IMG/VR virus record: IMGVR_UViG_2799112330_000002
Coordinates: 128,001 to 192,000 of that record
DNA: 64,000 bases
Direction: 5' to 3' (one strand)
Source of the DNA: a virus
Taxonomy: Duplodnaviria > Heunggongvirae > Uroviricota > Caudoviricetes
The notes beneath the pieces were generated by a model. It searched no databases, was not told where the DNA came from, and saw only the letters and a list, made by a program, of their open reading frames with translations. Within the stretch, counting starts at the first letter, position 1, and every line of letters begins with the position of its first letter. This document shows positions 49,101 to 59,700 of the stretch, piece by piece. Position numbers and translations under genes: made by a program.

Positions 49101-52100
49101 CCAGTTACTACTATCTGTTAAATCATTACCGCATTTAAATATGAAACTTGTAATAGCATTCTTATTAGCAAAAACCAATGCTTCATTACCATTAGTCATA
49201 TATTCAATTTTTGAATTATAGTTTGCATTACCGGGTCTGAAATTAATTGCTACTTTATTAGGTGTAAATGTCAATAGACCTTCATTTGTAGTTCCAAGAT
49301 TTGTGTAAGAAACACCAAGATAATTTGTATTAGTAATACCAACTACAGCAAGTGTTTTAGAACCCGGATTCCATGTAAAATAATCAAATGATTTATATAA
49401 TTGATTTGCTGTTGAAGTTGTTTGGGTTCTTGTATTTGCCCATACTATAGGATAATTAGTATTTGAAGTAATATTATGGTTTACTATAACATTAGTAGCA
49501 TTTGTAGCATTTAATGATGTTGTAACATCCTCACTAACAAATTGTGTTTCATCAGCAGGAATAGTAGTAAATATATAAGTATTATCTACAGTATTACTAC
49601 TACTTGTAAATAAATTCCAATTATCACTATGAGCTGCCCAAGAACCACTGTCTAATAATCGAATTCTTGCGTGATACCATTTTGCAGGAACTTTATAATA
49701 TAATTTACATATCAAACTATTTGCAGTAACTTTCGTTGTTAATATAAAATCGTCAGGAGTTAAATGTAAATCTTTTACAATCCATTTAGCATGTGTGGTA
49801 GAAGTGTTAATAGTACTAGCACCAGATTCAACTCTAGCTTGTACATATAATATTCCTCTAGCCCTTTCATAATAACCCGATACTAAAAATGTTGCAGTAA
49901 TATTTCTAGTACTTGTATTATTTTCTATTTTTGCTTCAGCCATTAAATGATATGGATTAGTAACACCAGCACCACCATCATATCCATTTCCGTAAATAAG
50001 ATATTTTGCAAATGTAGAAGTACCAGTTAAATCACCCTTGAATGTTCCATTTAATATTGTCTCATCCATCCAAAGTGATGGTATTTTCTCTATAGAATTA
50101 AGAGTCTTATAATATGTTAAATATGTTGCAGTACCTGTAGCTACTCCTGATTTTAATTCATACGTCATTTCTGTAGGTACACCGGCTGCTAGATATATTC
50201 CTTTAGTAGCAGATCCTTTATTAGCTGTTCCAAGTTTAGTTGCTGTATCGGCATTACCTTTTAATGCACCTTGGAAACAAGTAGCATATGCTGTAGCAGT
50301 TGCTGGATTAATTTTAACATTAGTATTATAATATGTAGTATCAGCCGTACCAGATGTTCCATTTGCGGTTTTTCTGACTAATATAGGCATTGCATAGTTA
50401 TATGTTGTTGATGTTTGTATTACTTTAGTGTCGGTATTAGAATCAGATGGCATTGTCATTGTTCTTGTACTCCAACTGGTTATATGACCATTTGCATCAT
50501 ATGTTATAGTTGGTATAGTAAATGTTCCGCCAAATGATAACGTCGCAGTAGCACTACCCGCAGCAGTACCGGCTGTTATATTATTAGTATGTCCAAATTT
50601 ATTTGATGCTAATGTTATTCCCTTTTCTGCCCCATAAGGAGATAATCCTGTTATATCGCTAGCAGTAACATTAGTACTTCCCATAATATGTCCTTGAGTA
50701 TCATATGATATTTTATAAAAACCAGATGCTTTTGTACCACTAAACAACGTGTTATGTGATATAGTAAGATCATTATTAGATGAAGATACAGTTATACTGG
50801 TGCCATTTTTTACATTCATTGCTCCGGTATCAGTTGCAGTTCCTTTCCATGCTGTGCCATTAACTGTAATATTACGCCATGTGTTATTATCTGTTGGTGT
50901 TATCCAAGTTGGGGCTTTATTTGGTCCTTCACTTTTTAGAATTTGGCCTACTGTACCGGATACTATAGGAGCATATGCAATTATTGTTGTACCACTTTTA
51001 GCTGCTCCATTTAATGTTACATTAGTACCTCCTGCATATGCTGTACATTGCGCAACTCTTCCATAAGGACTTAAATATATTGGAGTAAAAGCATTACCAA
51101 GAGCATTATTATTTCCTGCATGAACAGCATACATGTCTGCATTAAAACTTGGTAAATAGAATGTCTTATTATATCCAACATTATACTGAATTACATTTGT
51201 ATAGTTAGCTGTTGTACCATATAATCTTAATACACCTCGAGCATTATTAAAACCATTTTGTACAGGTGTATTATCATTAGATACATTTGCTGTTTCAACA
51301 TTTACAATATTATTTCCTAATTCTAATAATCCTTCTCCTACTGTTCCCTTCTTAGATGCTGTTGATGCAGTACCTAATACACTAATGGTCATTTTACCAT
51401 ATTGATTATTCTTTCCATAAACAACAAATCCACTTGTATTAACAGTTCCCATATTACTTAAAAACCATGAAGAAGTTTCAAAAGTATTAGGAGAAAATGT
51501 TGTTCCATCTATATAAAGTCTTGGTTTGATAGTTCTTGAAGCATATTCATAATCGTCATGATTAGTATTTGTTGCTCCTGTAATTGTAAGTCTACCTTTA
51601 TAGTTATTAATAATTCTTGCAGAAAAATCTAGACCAGTATATGCATAGTGAAAATCTATATATGGAGTATCATGAGATAATTCTATTGATCCAATATTGA
51701 TGAATGTTCCTTTTGCTGCACTATTTGTTGCTGTATAATTTGTGGCACCAACTAATAATGATGTTGTAAAAAATCCAGATTTAAATCTAAAATTAGTAAG
51801 TCCAATTGTATAAGCATCATTAGTTTGGGCAGTTATATTTTGAAATACACTTAATCCTTGTACTTGAAATTTTCCACTTTGAGCTGGAACCGCAGTACCA
51901 TTTATATTGATTGTTGATCCATTTGTAAATATACCTGTCCCAGGACTGATTGCATTAACCGCACTATAGAAAGCTATTCTATTTGCACTAGCACTATTAT
52001 TTATTGTAGAATTAATTATATAAGATATTTGAGTAGCTCGTCCATTTTCAGCTACATATATTGGTCTGTTTGTTGCTCCTATAATATTATTATTTGGACC

Positions 52101-54704
52101 ATGTATAGCATACATATCTCCATTAGCACTAAAATTAGGTAAATAAAAGTTTTTATCAGCAGTTGTTGCTTGAGAATATATATTTGTATAATGATTATTT
52201 GTACTATATAATCTTATATTACCTCTTGCATTATGTGCACCACCATCAGTTGTGTTTGTTCTATCAACAAATGATATATTATTTCCTAATTCAAGTGTTG
52301 CAATACCTATAGCTCCATTTGTGCCTGGAGTAACAATATTATTATCATCATCTAATACATTTACAGTTGTTTTTGTACCAAGTTGCTGAATATAAAACTT
52401 GGCATATTTTGAATTGTAGGAATACAAATGAAATCCGTATTGTCCTCCTAAGGCATTGGTGTTAAGACCTTGAGGAATATTTATTAATACTGAAGTAGCT
52501 CCTTCAATATGACTACTTGAATATAAGACATTATCAGAGACAAGTCTTGGGCGTATAGTTCTATTATTATATATAAGTGTTCCAATGGAATTTCCTGTAA
52601 CACCAGTAAATGTAATTCTTCCAGCAGAATCATTTATTAATCTTGCAGAATAATTACCTTTATTTACATTATTATATAGAAAATCAATATATGGAGTTAC
52701 ATATGATAGTTCAATTCTACCAGTTCCAATATATGTTCCCTGTACAGCACCATTTGTAGTAATTTCTCCAGTAGTAGCATTTCCAGTAACATTAAATCCG
52801 GTACTGCCAACTAATATTCCAGTACTATAATAAGAAAATGACCATCTATTAGCTGACGTTCCTAATGTATAAGCATCATTTACTGCAGGATATACATTTC
52901 CTTTTATACTCCAATGATTAGATATATTACTAATAAAAGCATCTCCATTATTAGAACCATTTTTTGTTATAAATAAATTACCATTATTATTTCCAATAAA
53001 CCAACTTGTTGTCGAAGTTCCAATATTGCCTATATTATCATTACCACATAAAAGTATTGTTGCCCAATTATTAATCATATGTAAACGGATTCCTTGATTA
53101 TAATTATTTGCTTGAGCTGTTGGAAATATATTTAATGAACCGTTATTTGTAAAATATGCTATTTTTTTAGCTCCAGTAGCAGTATAGAAATAAAATTGAT
53201 CTAAATCATCCGTACCTACAGACCAATTCTTATTATTATTTGATGAATAATTAATACATGCATAAGGTTTATTTGTATCTACAGACTTAATACCTAATAT
53301 ATCTCCATTACCATTTATTTGTAATTTTTTAATATTAGGATTCCATGTCAAATAACTATGCGTTTTATATAATTGATTACTTTGTGCATTATTAGTGTTT
53401 GCTTCATTAGACCACACTATTGGATAATTGGTATTTAATGAATAACTATTAGTTACAATAACATTGGTTACATTATCTGCTGTTCCTTTTAGCCAGCCTT
53501 GAAAATAAGTAGCATATGCTGTAGCAGTTGCTGGATTAACTGTAATACCTGAATTTCTACCAACATAATTAGCAGTATTATTTGGAGATTCTGAATATGT
53601 AAATAATAATTGATATGTTGATTTATTTCCTGTTCTTTCATATTGAATGACCTTTTCATCAGTATTGGCATCTGTAACTGTATCCCAAACAAATTTACTT
53701 CCATCATATTTAAGATATGTATTAGAAGATGGCGCATCAATAAATTTAGTTATATTAGGGGCTGATTGGTAAGCTATCTTATTTGCATCACCACCAGCTA
53801 TATTTGTAGCTTTACTTGCAGTAGTAGCAGTGTTTGCACTATTTGCACTATTTGCATGATTAGCACTATTAGCATTATTTGCATTAATAGCATAAGGTAC
53901 AGTTACATTAGAACTTTTTATTGTATAATTACCAATTTGAATATATGAATAAACACTATTGCCTGATATCCCAATATAAGATGTTTGTAATAAATTACTG
54001 GCATGAAATCCATCTAACTTATCAGCATTATCAGCATTAGTAGCATGATTAGCATTATTTGCATCAGTAGCATAAGGTACAGTTACATTAGAACTTTTTA
54101 TTCCTGCTCCATTACCAATTTTAACATATGAATAAATACTATTACCTGATACACCAATATAAGATGTTTGTAATAAATTACTGGCATGAAATCCATCTAA
54201 CTTATCAGCATTATCAGCATTAGTAGCATAATTAGCGCTATTTGCATTACCAGCATAAGGTACAGTTATATTAGAACTTTTTATTGTCTTATTACCAATT
54301 TGAATATATGAATAAACATTATTGCCTGACACACCAATATAAGATGTTTGTAATAAAGTATTGGCATGAAATCCATCTACTGTATCAGCATCAGTAGCAT
54401 AAGGTACAGTTATATTACTACTCCTTCCTGCCCCATTGCCAATTTGAACATATGAATAAATATTATTACCTGACACGCCAATATAAGATGTTTGTAATAA
54501 AGTATTGGCGTGAAATCCATCTAACTTATCCGCATTATCAGCATTAATAGCAAACAATGCTTGATTAGCAGTATTAGCACTATTGGCACTATTTACATTT
54601 AGTAAACTTTCTTTTTTATAACCTCCTCCTCCTAACAAAACATAGGAATTATTTGCACCTCCCGGTATACCACCATGATAAGAACCATCTTTGAATTTTC
54701 CCAT
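46107..54704 (-). CDS. Giant tail fibre with C-terminal intramolecular chaperone (Peptidase S74)
   Basis: 2865 aa, N/T/G-rich, NADKLDGFHA repeats; C-terminal SDKKLKKNIK...GFIAQEL...VNY followed by a coiled coil. Confidence 0.85.
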   Translation of the reverse strand: MGKFKDGSYHGGIPGGANNSYVLLGGGGYKKESLLNVNSANSANTANQALFAINADNADKLDGFHANTLLQTSYIGVSGNNIYSYVQIGNGAGRSSNITVPYATDADTVDGFHANTLLQTSYIGVSGNNVYSYIQIGNKTIKSSNITVPYAGNANSANYATNADNADKLDGFHASNLLQTSYIGVSGNSIYSYVKIGNGAGIKSSNVTVPYATDANNANHATNADNADKLDGFHASNLLQTSYIGISGNSVYSYIQIGNYTIKSSNVTVPYAINANNANSANHANSANSANTATTASKATNIAGGDANKIAYQSAPNITKFIDAPSSNTYLKYDGSKFVWDTVTDANTDEKVIQYERTGNKSTYQLLFTYSESPNNTANYVGRNSGITVNPATATAYATYFQGWLKGTADNVTNVIVTNSYSLNTNYPIVWSNEANTNNAQSNQLYKTHSYLTWNPNIKKLQINGNGDILGIKSVDTNKPYACINYSSNNNKNWSVGTDDLDQFYFYTATGAKKIAYFTNNGSLNIFPTAQANNYNQGIRLHMINNWATILLCGNDNIGNIGTSTTSWFIGNNNGNLFITKNGSNNGDAFISNISNHWSIKGNVYPAVNDAYTLGTSANRWSFSYYSTGILVGSTGFNVTGNATTGEITTNGAVQGTYIGTGRIELSYVTPYIDFLYNNVNKGNYSARLINDSAGRITFTGVTGNSIGTLIYNNRTIRPRLVSDNVLYSSSHIEGATSVLINIPQGLNTNALGGQYGFHLYSYNSKYAKFYIQQLGTKTTVNVLDDDNNIVTPGTNGAIGIATLELGNNISFVDRTNTTDGGAHNARGNIRLYSTNNHYTNIYSQATTADKNFYLPNFSANGDMYAIHGPNNNIIGATNRPIYVAENGRATQISYIINSTINNSASANRIAFYSAVNAISPGTGIFTNGSTININGTAVPAQSGKFQVQGLSVFQNITAQTNDAYTIGLTNFRFKSGFFTTSLLVGATNYTATNSAAKGTFINIGSIELSHDTPYIDFHYAYTGLDFSARIINNYKGRLTITGATNTNHDDYEYASRTIKPRLYIDGTTFSPNTFETSSWFLSNMGTVNTSGFVVYGKNNQYGKMTISVLGTASTASKKGTVGEGLLELGNNIVNVETANVSNDNTPVQNGFNNARGVLRLYGTTANYTNVIQYNVGYNKTFYLPSFNADMYAVHAGNNNALGNAFTPIYLSPYGRVAQCTAYAGGTNVTLNGAAKSGTTIIAYAPIVSGTVGQILKSEGPNKAPTWITPTDNNTWRNITVNGTAWKGTATDTGAMNVKNGTSITVSSSNNDLTISHNTLFSGTKASGFYKISYDTQGHIMGSTNVTASDITGLSPYGAEKGITLASNKFGHTNNITAGTAAGSATATLSFGGTFTIPTITYDANGHITSWSTRTMTMPSDSNTDTKVIQTSTTYNYAMPILVRKTANGTSGTADTTYYNTNVKINPATATAYATCFQGALKGNADTATKLGTANKGSATKGIYLAAGVPTEMTYELKSGVATGTATYLTYYKTLNSIEKIPSLWMDETILNGTFKGDLTGTSTFAKYLIYGNGYDGGAGVTNPYHLMAEAKIENNTSTRNITATFLVSGYYERARGILYVQARVESGASTINTSTTHAKWIVKDLHLTPDDFILTTKVTANSLICKLYYKVPAKWYHARIRLLDSGSWAAHSDNWNLFTSSSNTVDNTYIFTTIPADETQFVSEDVTTSLNATNATNVIVNHNITSNTNYPIVWANTRTQTTSTANQLYKSFDYFTWNPGSKTLAVVGITNTNYLGVSYTNLGTTNEGLLTFTPNKVAINFRPGNANYNSKIEYMTNGNEALVFANKNAITSFIFKCGNDLTDSSNWYSSAIEVPTVQMKKQSLYVNTAIDTGTTPSYNLYVTGTSHVEGTSYALSVGDNHTVVYPNAHYFKGPNSGSGAIAIKLPITGYKQATMMKFTVEIYNYVTSRSSTYHINGYVYTDGLWKNTSVYSLRDDLNDYGNLTVRFGHDSGGTRNIVWIGETNTAWSYVRVWLKDIHVGHGGDDYDKWNNGWEIGLETTLSGTVEITKENPAVNYNAANATNATKLSLYEDRYSTTDINKTTLGDGSIISFKVTSSTTSNKPLSDGHILHFNWDNNAGWDAQLFLPTSANASGRMMQIRGQSSGTWGVWKTVFDNYNSITPAINNTYNIGSSTLKWKNVYAYTGIFGGNATQWPIQITRAYNDSVNFRIGSAATSGNESLDMRISNNTSGGGDEVYIDLVNAGQGVSINPKLGVGIRVPAETLDVNGNSYIRGALYLDTQYHKTSYGIHFYNRAYNTWIEYMSNKDKSPGGAAHPAGTVVTSWAMRSIIENAAGYGWIWESSANAAGSAISNMMELSSNTGNLWVKGSITAPSFLGTATTATKLGTASVGNSVQPIYLSSGVPTVTKLYSVVYNSTAAADDYYKIADINLTGTNYRWIKLHVSCGRQSTISGILYVQCNSSSNQYAASAIKFHALSSGLPLDNFKLLYFNGSDSVTFEVWAKLTGRYNSLAFKFIDGGSWGGNGYNYFNLYSSTSAGATALPTTTTIGSNTVNLTGTLNCTLDALASSATSATNAVNATNATNATNATNISGGAKNQLLYQTGAGATGFITAPAKNDANSSYMLSYTAGTFAWIPPKVKQWQTTGNYNYPMLFKYTTATATITDETRFCSSIKANPSTGTITANYFNGLASEADQIYIITASSSTQYYLLGSTSQGSSSGTILSIYAGAPYFKGNDVYSASDKKLKKNIKPISDEFINNIFSSYSNIVKEFDWISSNKHATGFIAQELSYVIPEAVDYSYESYTYSVNYNSALSKLVGALIEKVKEQDKKISYLETLIYGNNR
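53870..54560 (-). repeat. Four near-identical tandem repeats of 147-183 bp in the tail fibre N-terminus
   Basis: DGFHAxxLLQTSYIGxSGNxxYSYxxIGN...SSNxTVPYA occurs four times with high DNA identity. Confidence 0.85.
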
Positions 54705-54731
54705 ATATTAAATGTAAAAATAATAAAATTA

Positions 54732-54748
54732 TATATAATTAAAAATAA
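54732..54748 (-). promoter_or_regulatory. Putative late promoter (17-mer)
   Basis: Exact copy upstream of the giant tail fibre gene. Confidence 0.7.
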
Positions 54749-54823
54749 AATTCAGTTTTCTATTTAACTATATTTATATATAAAGATAAATAAAGATAAA
54801 TATATTTTAATAGATATTAACGT

Positions 54824-55594
54824 ATGAAAATCTACAATTCATTTGGTATTAAACCAACAAATACTTATGTGTCAGCAGGTTCTGACTATTATATCCCAAA
54901 TATCAAGACAGAAGAGCAAAAAGAAAGAGCATTGAAAGCGTTTGAAAAGTCTTATAAGAAAACAACAGATGAAATTAATGAAATATATGATGTTATTTAT
55001 AAGGCAATTGAAGATACACATATAGATCAATCTCAAGTAACTAATCTTGTTCATCTTTATTTAGCATTCTATAATCCAGTAATTGAAGCACTTGATAAAC
55101 TAGAAGACAATATTGATTATTTTATTAAACAGCATGTTCTTTATGATGAAAAGAAAAAAGTAGTAGGATTGAAAATGGATCTTAATGATACTTTGTTTAT
55201 CAATTCAGGAATTAAGATTGCTTTAGATACTGTTCTTAGTGATCATGTAGCTCCTAATAGTTCAGCAACAGTAAATGATTTGAGATTGCTTGGTATTGGT
55301 ATTGCTGGTCTTTATGTAAACAAATCAGGAAAGGGAAATGCTGGATTTGATGTACGTAGCTGCTTGGTGGATGAAGATTATTCTGGATTTGTTCATTTAT
55401 CAATGGCTTATACAAAAGATTTAATCACACAAGGAGAAAACTATATATATTGTGGAGATAAATTAGTTCAAATGATGCTTATTCCAGTTTTCCATACTCA
55501 ATATGAAGAAATTGATGAGAATGAATATAATAAAATAATGAGTGAATCGGAAAGAGGAGATGGTGGATTTGGTAGTTCAGATATCAAGCATTAA
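54824..55594 (+). CDS. dut: Trimeric dUTPase with a large insertion
   Basis: Motifs SAGSD, NKSG, LVDEDYSG, GDKLVQ and RGDGGFGSS. Confidence 0.85.
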   Translation: MKIYNSFGIKPTNTYVSAGSDYYIPNIKTEEQKERALKAFEKSYKKTTDEINEIYDVIYKAIEDTHIDQSQVTNLVHLYLAFYNPVIEALDKLEDNIDYFIKQHVLYDEKKKVVGLKMDLNDTLFINSGIKIALDTVLSDHVAPNSSATVNDLRLLGIGIAGLYVNKSGKGNAGFDVRSCLVDEDYSGFVHLSMAYTKDLITQGENYIYCGDKLVQMMLIPVFHTQYEEIDENEYNKIMSESERGDGGFGSSDIKH

Positions 55595-55678
55595 ATTATT
55601 TTAAGTTTTTTCTTAATATTTAATTGAAATAATCTTAATATGTTACTATATTGATATTGTAATTAAAATATTAAGATT

Positions 55679-56050
55679 ATGAAAGTTCTTTTTATTAATG
55701 TATTTCGGCCAGCTGATTTCCCAGATTGTACAAACAATGGTCTTTCGGCAAGAGTAAGTAATGCAGAATTGTTTATGGATTGCTCGCATTCTGAAGCAAT
55801 TGAATGGTGTAAAGAACATCATAAGGATCCAGCCAAACAGTTTATTTTAATTAATAGAAGTCTTTGGGGAGAAGATCATTCTTATGCTGAACCGTTGATC
55901 AAGCCTTCAAATAGGATGCAAGTCTTTGGTGGTAATTTCCTTTATACATCAGATTCAAGAATGTACAAGACAGGAGGAGTAGCTAAATTGCCAATTCCCA
56001 TTCATGACAGATTTGAGACTTATGAAGAATTCGATGCATTAAGTAGATAG
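55679..56050 (+). CDS. Hypothetical protein
   Basis: DCTNNGLS...FGGNF...PIPIHDRFE; has its own promoter motif at 55624. Confidence 0.7.
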   Translation: MKVLFINVFRPADFPDCTNNGLSARVSNAELFMDCSHSEAIEWCKEHHKDPAKQFILINRSLWGEDHSYAEPLIKPSNRMQVFGGNFLYTSDSRMYKTGGVAKLPIPIHDRFETYEEFDALSR

Positions 56051-56061
56051 ACATATATACA

Positions 56062-56097
56062 ACAGAAAAGAAGAAGCTAGTCTTCTTCTTTTTCTGT
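56062..56097. terminator. Bidirectional terminator
   Basis: AAAAGAAGAAG-ctagt-CTTCTTCTTTT between convergent genes. Confidence 0.65.
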
Positions 56098-56703
56098 GTC
56101 TATAAATACAAAATCTAGATTTGAATATTTTATTTCTACTTTGAATGTTTGTGATTGTGCTAATGGAACATTATAGTTAAGATCTAGCATATCTATACCA
56201 TTTATTACAGGATCATATACAATTATTTTTGAGTATATTTCTCCAATATTGTTGAATATATTTATAGATATCTGATCAGGCATTTCTTTATATTCTGTAT
56301 CTCTTGAATATTGATAGAAGAAGTTTTCAAACATCAAGAAATAGTTCACATACCCAAGTGTATGCCTGAATATGATGTTCAATGTCTTGTCAATTAAAGC
56401 TATAGGGTTCTTTTCTGCTCTATATGTGTATTCTGAAGATGTATGCATGAATTGATTTGGCTTCTTTCTCCATTCTTTTCTAATAGGCTCTCCAGTACCA
56501 GTCTGTTGCTGTTGTACTGTTCCTTCATTAAACCCTAATATTTGCACTGATTGAATGGTCTCATTAAGAAAATCAATAGGTCTATATAGATAACTTTTGT
56601 TCTTACTAATGATCTTACTATACTTTTCATTCAATTCTGGTGCTATGAAATTATCTGGTAACTTCAATTCAAAAAGATCTTGTCTTCCGGGTAATGTAAA
56701 CAT
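56077..56703 (-). CDS. Putative tail-tube-fold baseplate/tail protein
   Basis: Directly downstream of the tape measure; beta-strand pattern (TIQSVQILG, LNIIFR, FKVEIKY) typical of T4 gp19/gp54/gp3-like folds. Confidence 0.45.
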   Translation of the reverse strand: MFTLPGRQDLFELKLPDNFIAPELNEKYSKIISKNKSYLYRPIDFLNETIQSVQILGFNEGTVQQQQTGTGEPIRKEWRKKPNQFMHTSSEYTYRAEKNPIALIDKTLNIIFRHTLGYVNYFLMFENFFYQYSRDTEYKEMPDQISINIFNNIGEIYSKIIVYDPVINGIDMLDLNYNVPLAQSQTFKVEIKYSNLDFVFIDTEKEED

Positions 56704-56735
56704 ATTTTATTATATTATCTTCTTATATTTATATT

Positions 56736-59700
56736 TTAGTGTTTGCCCTGGCCATTTGCTTTATTTTTAATATTGTACTTATTTGCATCTTGTGCTTGTT
56801 TCGCGCTATCAGGGGTTGTTCCACCTTGTCCGTTTGGGTTATTTGGAGGAACTACCTTAATTGGATTACCTGGTGTGCTTCCTCCTGTATCTCCTCCTTC
56901 ATCTCCATTATCAGGGTTTGGTGTATCATCAGGTGCTTGTGATTTGACCACAATATTCAATGGTTGCTGTATAAGTGTTTGAACATTCTTGATAGCTTCT
57001 GTAATCTTGCTATGACGACGGATTTGGATTTCATCTGCCTTATTAATTGTTTCTTTAGATTCTTCAAGTCTATTTGCAAGTTCATTCAATACATAACTTA
57101 ATCTATTAGCTAATGCATCTGTCAAATTATCTAAGTTACCCATCTTCTTAGCAAGTTCATTCAATTCTCTTACTAATTGAGTTAAAGCATTTGTTCTTCG
57201 AAGATCTATACTATTTATAGTCTTTACATATTTTGCTAATAGATCAGTATTTGCTTTGAATGTATTAGTGCTCTTTTGACTAGACATTGAACTGTATATT
57301 TGTTCAATTGATATTCTCAATGTAGATGCATTCATCAATGCCATTGGATTGAATCTAATTACAGTATCAATATATTTTCCTAATGATTCACTAACAATAT
57401 CTAGATTTGTCTTGCCCCATGATGTCTCTATATCTATGTCAAATACCTTTGCTAAATTTGTTAAGTTTTGTTGTAATGCAGATATAATGGTTGGTTCTAT
57501 TTTCTTAGAATTTTCCATTGTTACCACTATTTGGTCAATTGCTGCTTTAAAATTATTTATAGAGTCAATTGTATTTTTATTGACCGATAACTTAATACCA
57601 GTCAACAATGTATTTAATGTAGCATTAACAGTATTAATATCTATCAATACATTCTTTAATAATGAATTATCTGCCTCCCATGTTCTAAATAATGTCAATA
57701 TTGGATCATAGAATTTTTCTAATATGTCAGTTATGATATTGGTTCCCTTTTTATTATCTTTAATGTAATTAATCTTTGCCAAATCAATCTTCCCAGTATA
57801 AGAATCAATTATTTCTGCAGATATATCAATTATTTCTTGTACAGTATCAGCAACATCTTGTAAAGAATTGACTATTATTTGATTGCTTTCTTCATTTTGC
57901 TTACGAACATTTTCATTATATAGTTGTTTAATTGTTTGATCTGCTGATTGTCCAGATATAAGATCTTGTAGTTTTACAAATGAAATGAAAATATCATGTA
58001 TATCAGCAAATAGTCCTATTGTAGATTCAATATTTGCTTTTGATTGTTGTTTATATTTGAATAACTGAGATATAACATCTGTATTTTCAAGTATTGGTTT
58101 GAAACTATTGATGACTGACTTTATTGTTGTTGTTATTTCAGTAATTGCTGACTGTATTTGAGCAGATGTATTTATAAGATTCTTTAATGTGACATCATCA
58201 ATTGCTATTGCCTTTTCATTCTTTGCGGTATCTTCATCAAATATTGTCAATAGACTTGATATTATGTGTCTTGCTTTTGATTTTGCTTGTGTTATTTGAT
58301 CTTCTTTAAATGAAATATATCCTTTAGCATTTCCATCTTTGTCATAGCCATTAGCAATCTTCATTTCTGCTATTTCTTTTAATGTGTTTGCAGATTTTTT
58401 GATGATTTTGTTGATTGAATCATTTACATGAAGTATGCCTGGTAATTTTTGATCAATTTGTTGCTTTTGTAAAGTATCGTATGATGATATTAAGCTTTTT
58501 CCTATAGAAGTTATCATATCAGGAATTGTTTTCTTAATATTGTCAATAACAGTTTTGATATTTATCTTTTCATATTCTATGACTTGGCCCTGATCATTTA
58601 TTTTCTTAGGTATTTGGGCTGTTCCAATCTTTACAACAGAATCAACAATATTTGCAACTATTTTAGTAATACCAGATATTGAAGAAACAGCTTGACCAAA
58701 TAATGAGTCTTTACCTTCTTTGAACAAATGCGGGTTCTTTTCTACAACACCTATTAATGTAGTTGATACTGAAGTAACTATTTGTTTTATTGTTGTTGAT
58801 AAAGCTGTTTGTATTTCAGTCATATTAAGTTTTTCCCATTTATCTGGTTGACCAGTCTTAGGATCATAATGAGATGGAACTAATGCATTAGCAATCTTTA
58901 CAATTGCATCGGTAGTATTACTTACAATCTTAGATATACCACTAACAGAATCAACAACTTCCTTAAGATTACCTGTTGGTTGATTATCAGCAGTAAATAA
59001 GAATTGCTTATATGGATTTTTACTAAATGTATCTACTAATGCTTTTCCGATACCAATTGCAATTGCAGCAACATTAATAGCAGCATTTTTGTAATCATCC
59101 TCTTTCATTTCTCTGAATTCAATTGGCTTACCTGTCTTAGGATCCCATTTATAAGGTATTTGATTATTTGCTAACTTTATTATTCCATCAGCCATTCCTG
59201 AAACAAGTTCATTAACTGGCATAATAGATTCTAATACAGTCTTCATTGTACCATCAGTAAATCTTTCATCACCAGCATATTTTACTAATGAATCTAATAT
59301 GCTTGTAATGATAGAACCAATAGCTTCTCCTGATGCTCTAAAATCTTCCGGTGTTACATCAACATAACTAATTGGATGTCCTTTATCATCCCAATCATTA
59401 GGAACTTGTAGTTTTGCTATATCTTTTATTCCCTTACCGACATTTGCTATTAGTTCAGATACTTTGAATGATGTTTCTACAACTGTTCCTATTTTTGAAT
59501 TTTTCTTTCCTATTCCAAATACACCATCATTACCATCAAATAATGAGCCTACTGTTATGCCATCTTCTCCATCAATTGGTTTATAATATAGGTTAGCTAA
59601 TGAAGAAATAACTGCAGTCAATATATTTCCTACGCTTTTGCCCATATCATTAAAATCATTACTATTTAATGTTTTATATTCAGTTGGGTGTCCCTTATCA

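Noticed and set aside
44499-54704. Diversity-generating retroelement targeting the tail fibre
   Set aside because: No reverse transcriptase and no adenine-specific template/variable repeat pair were seen in this window.
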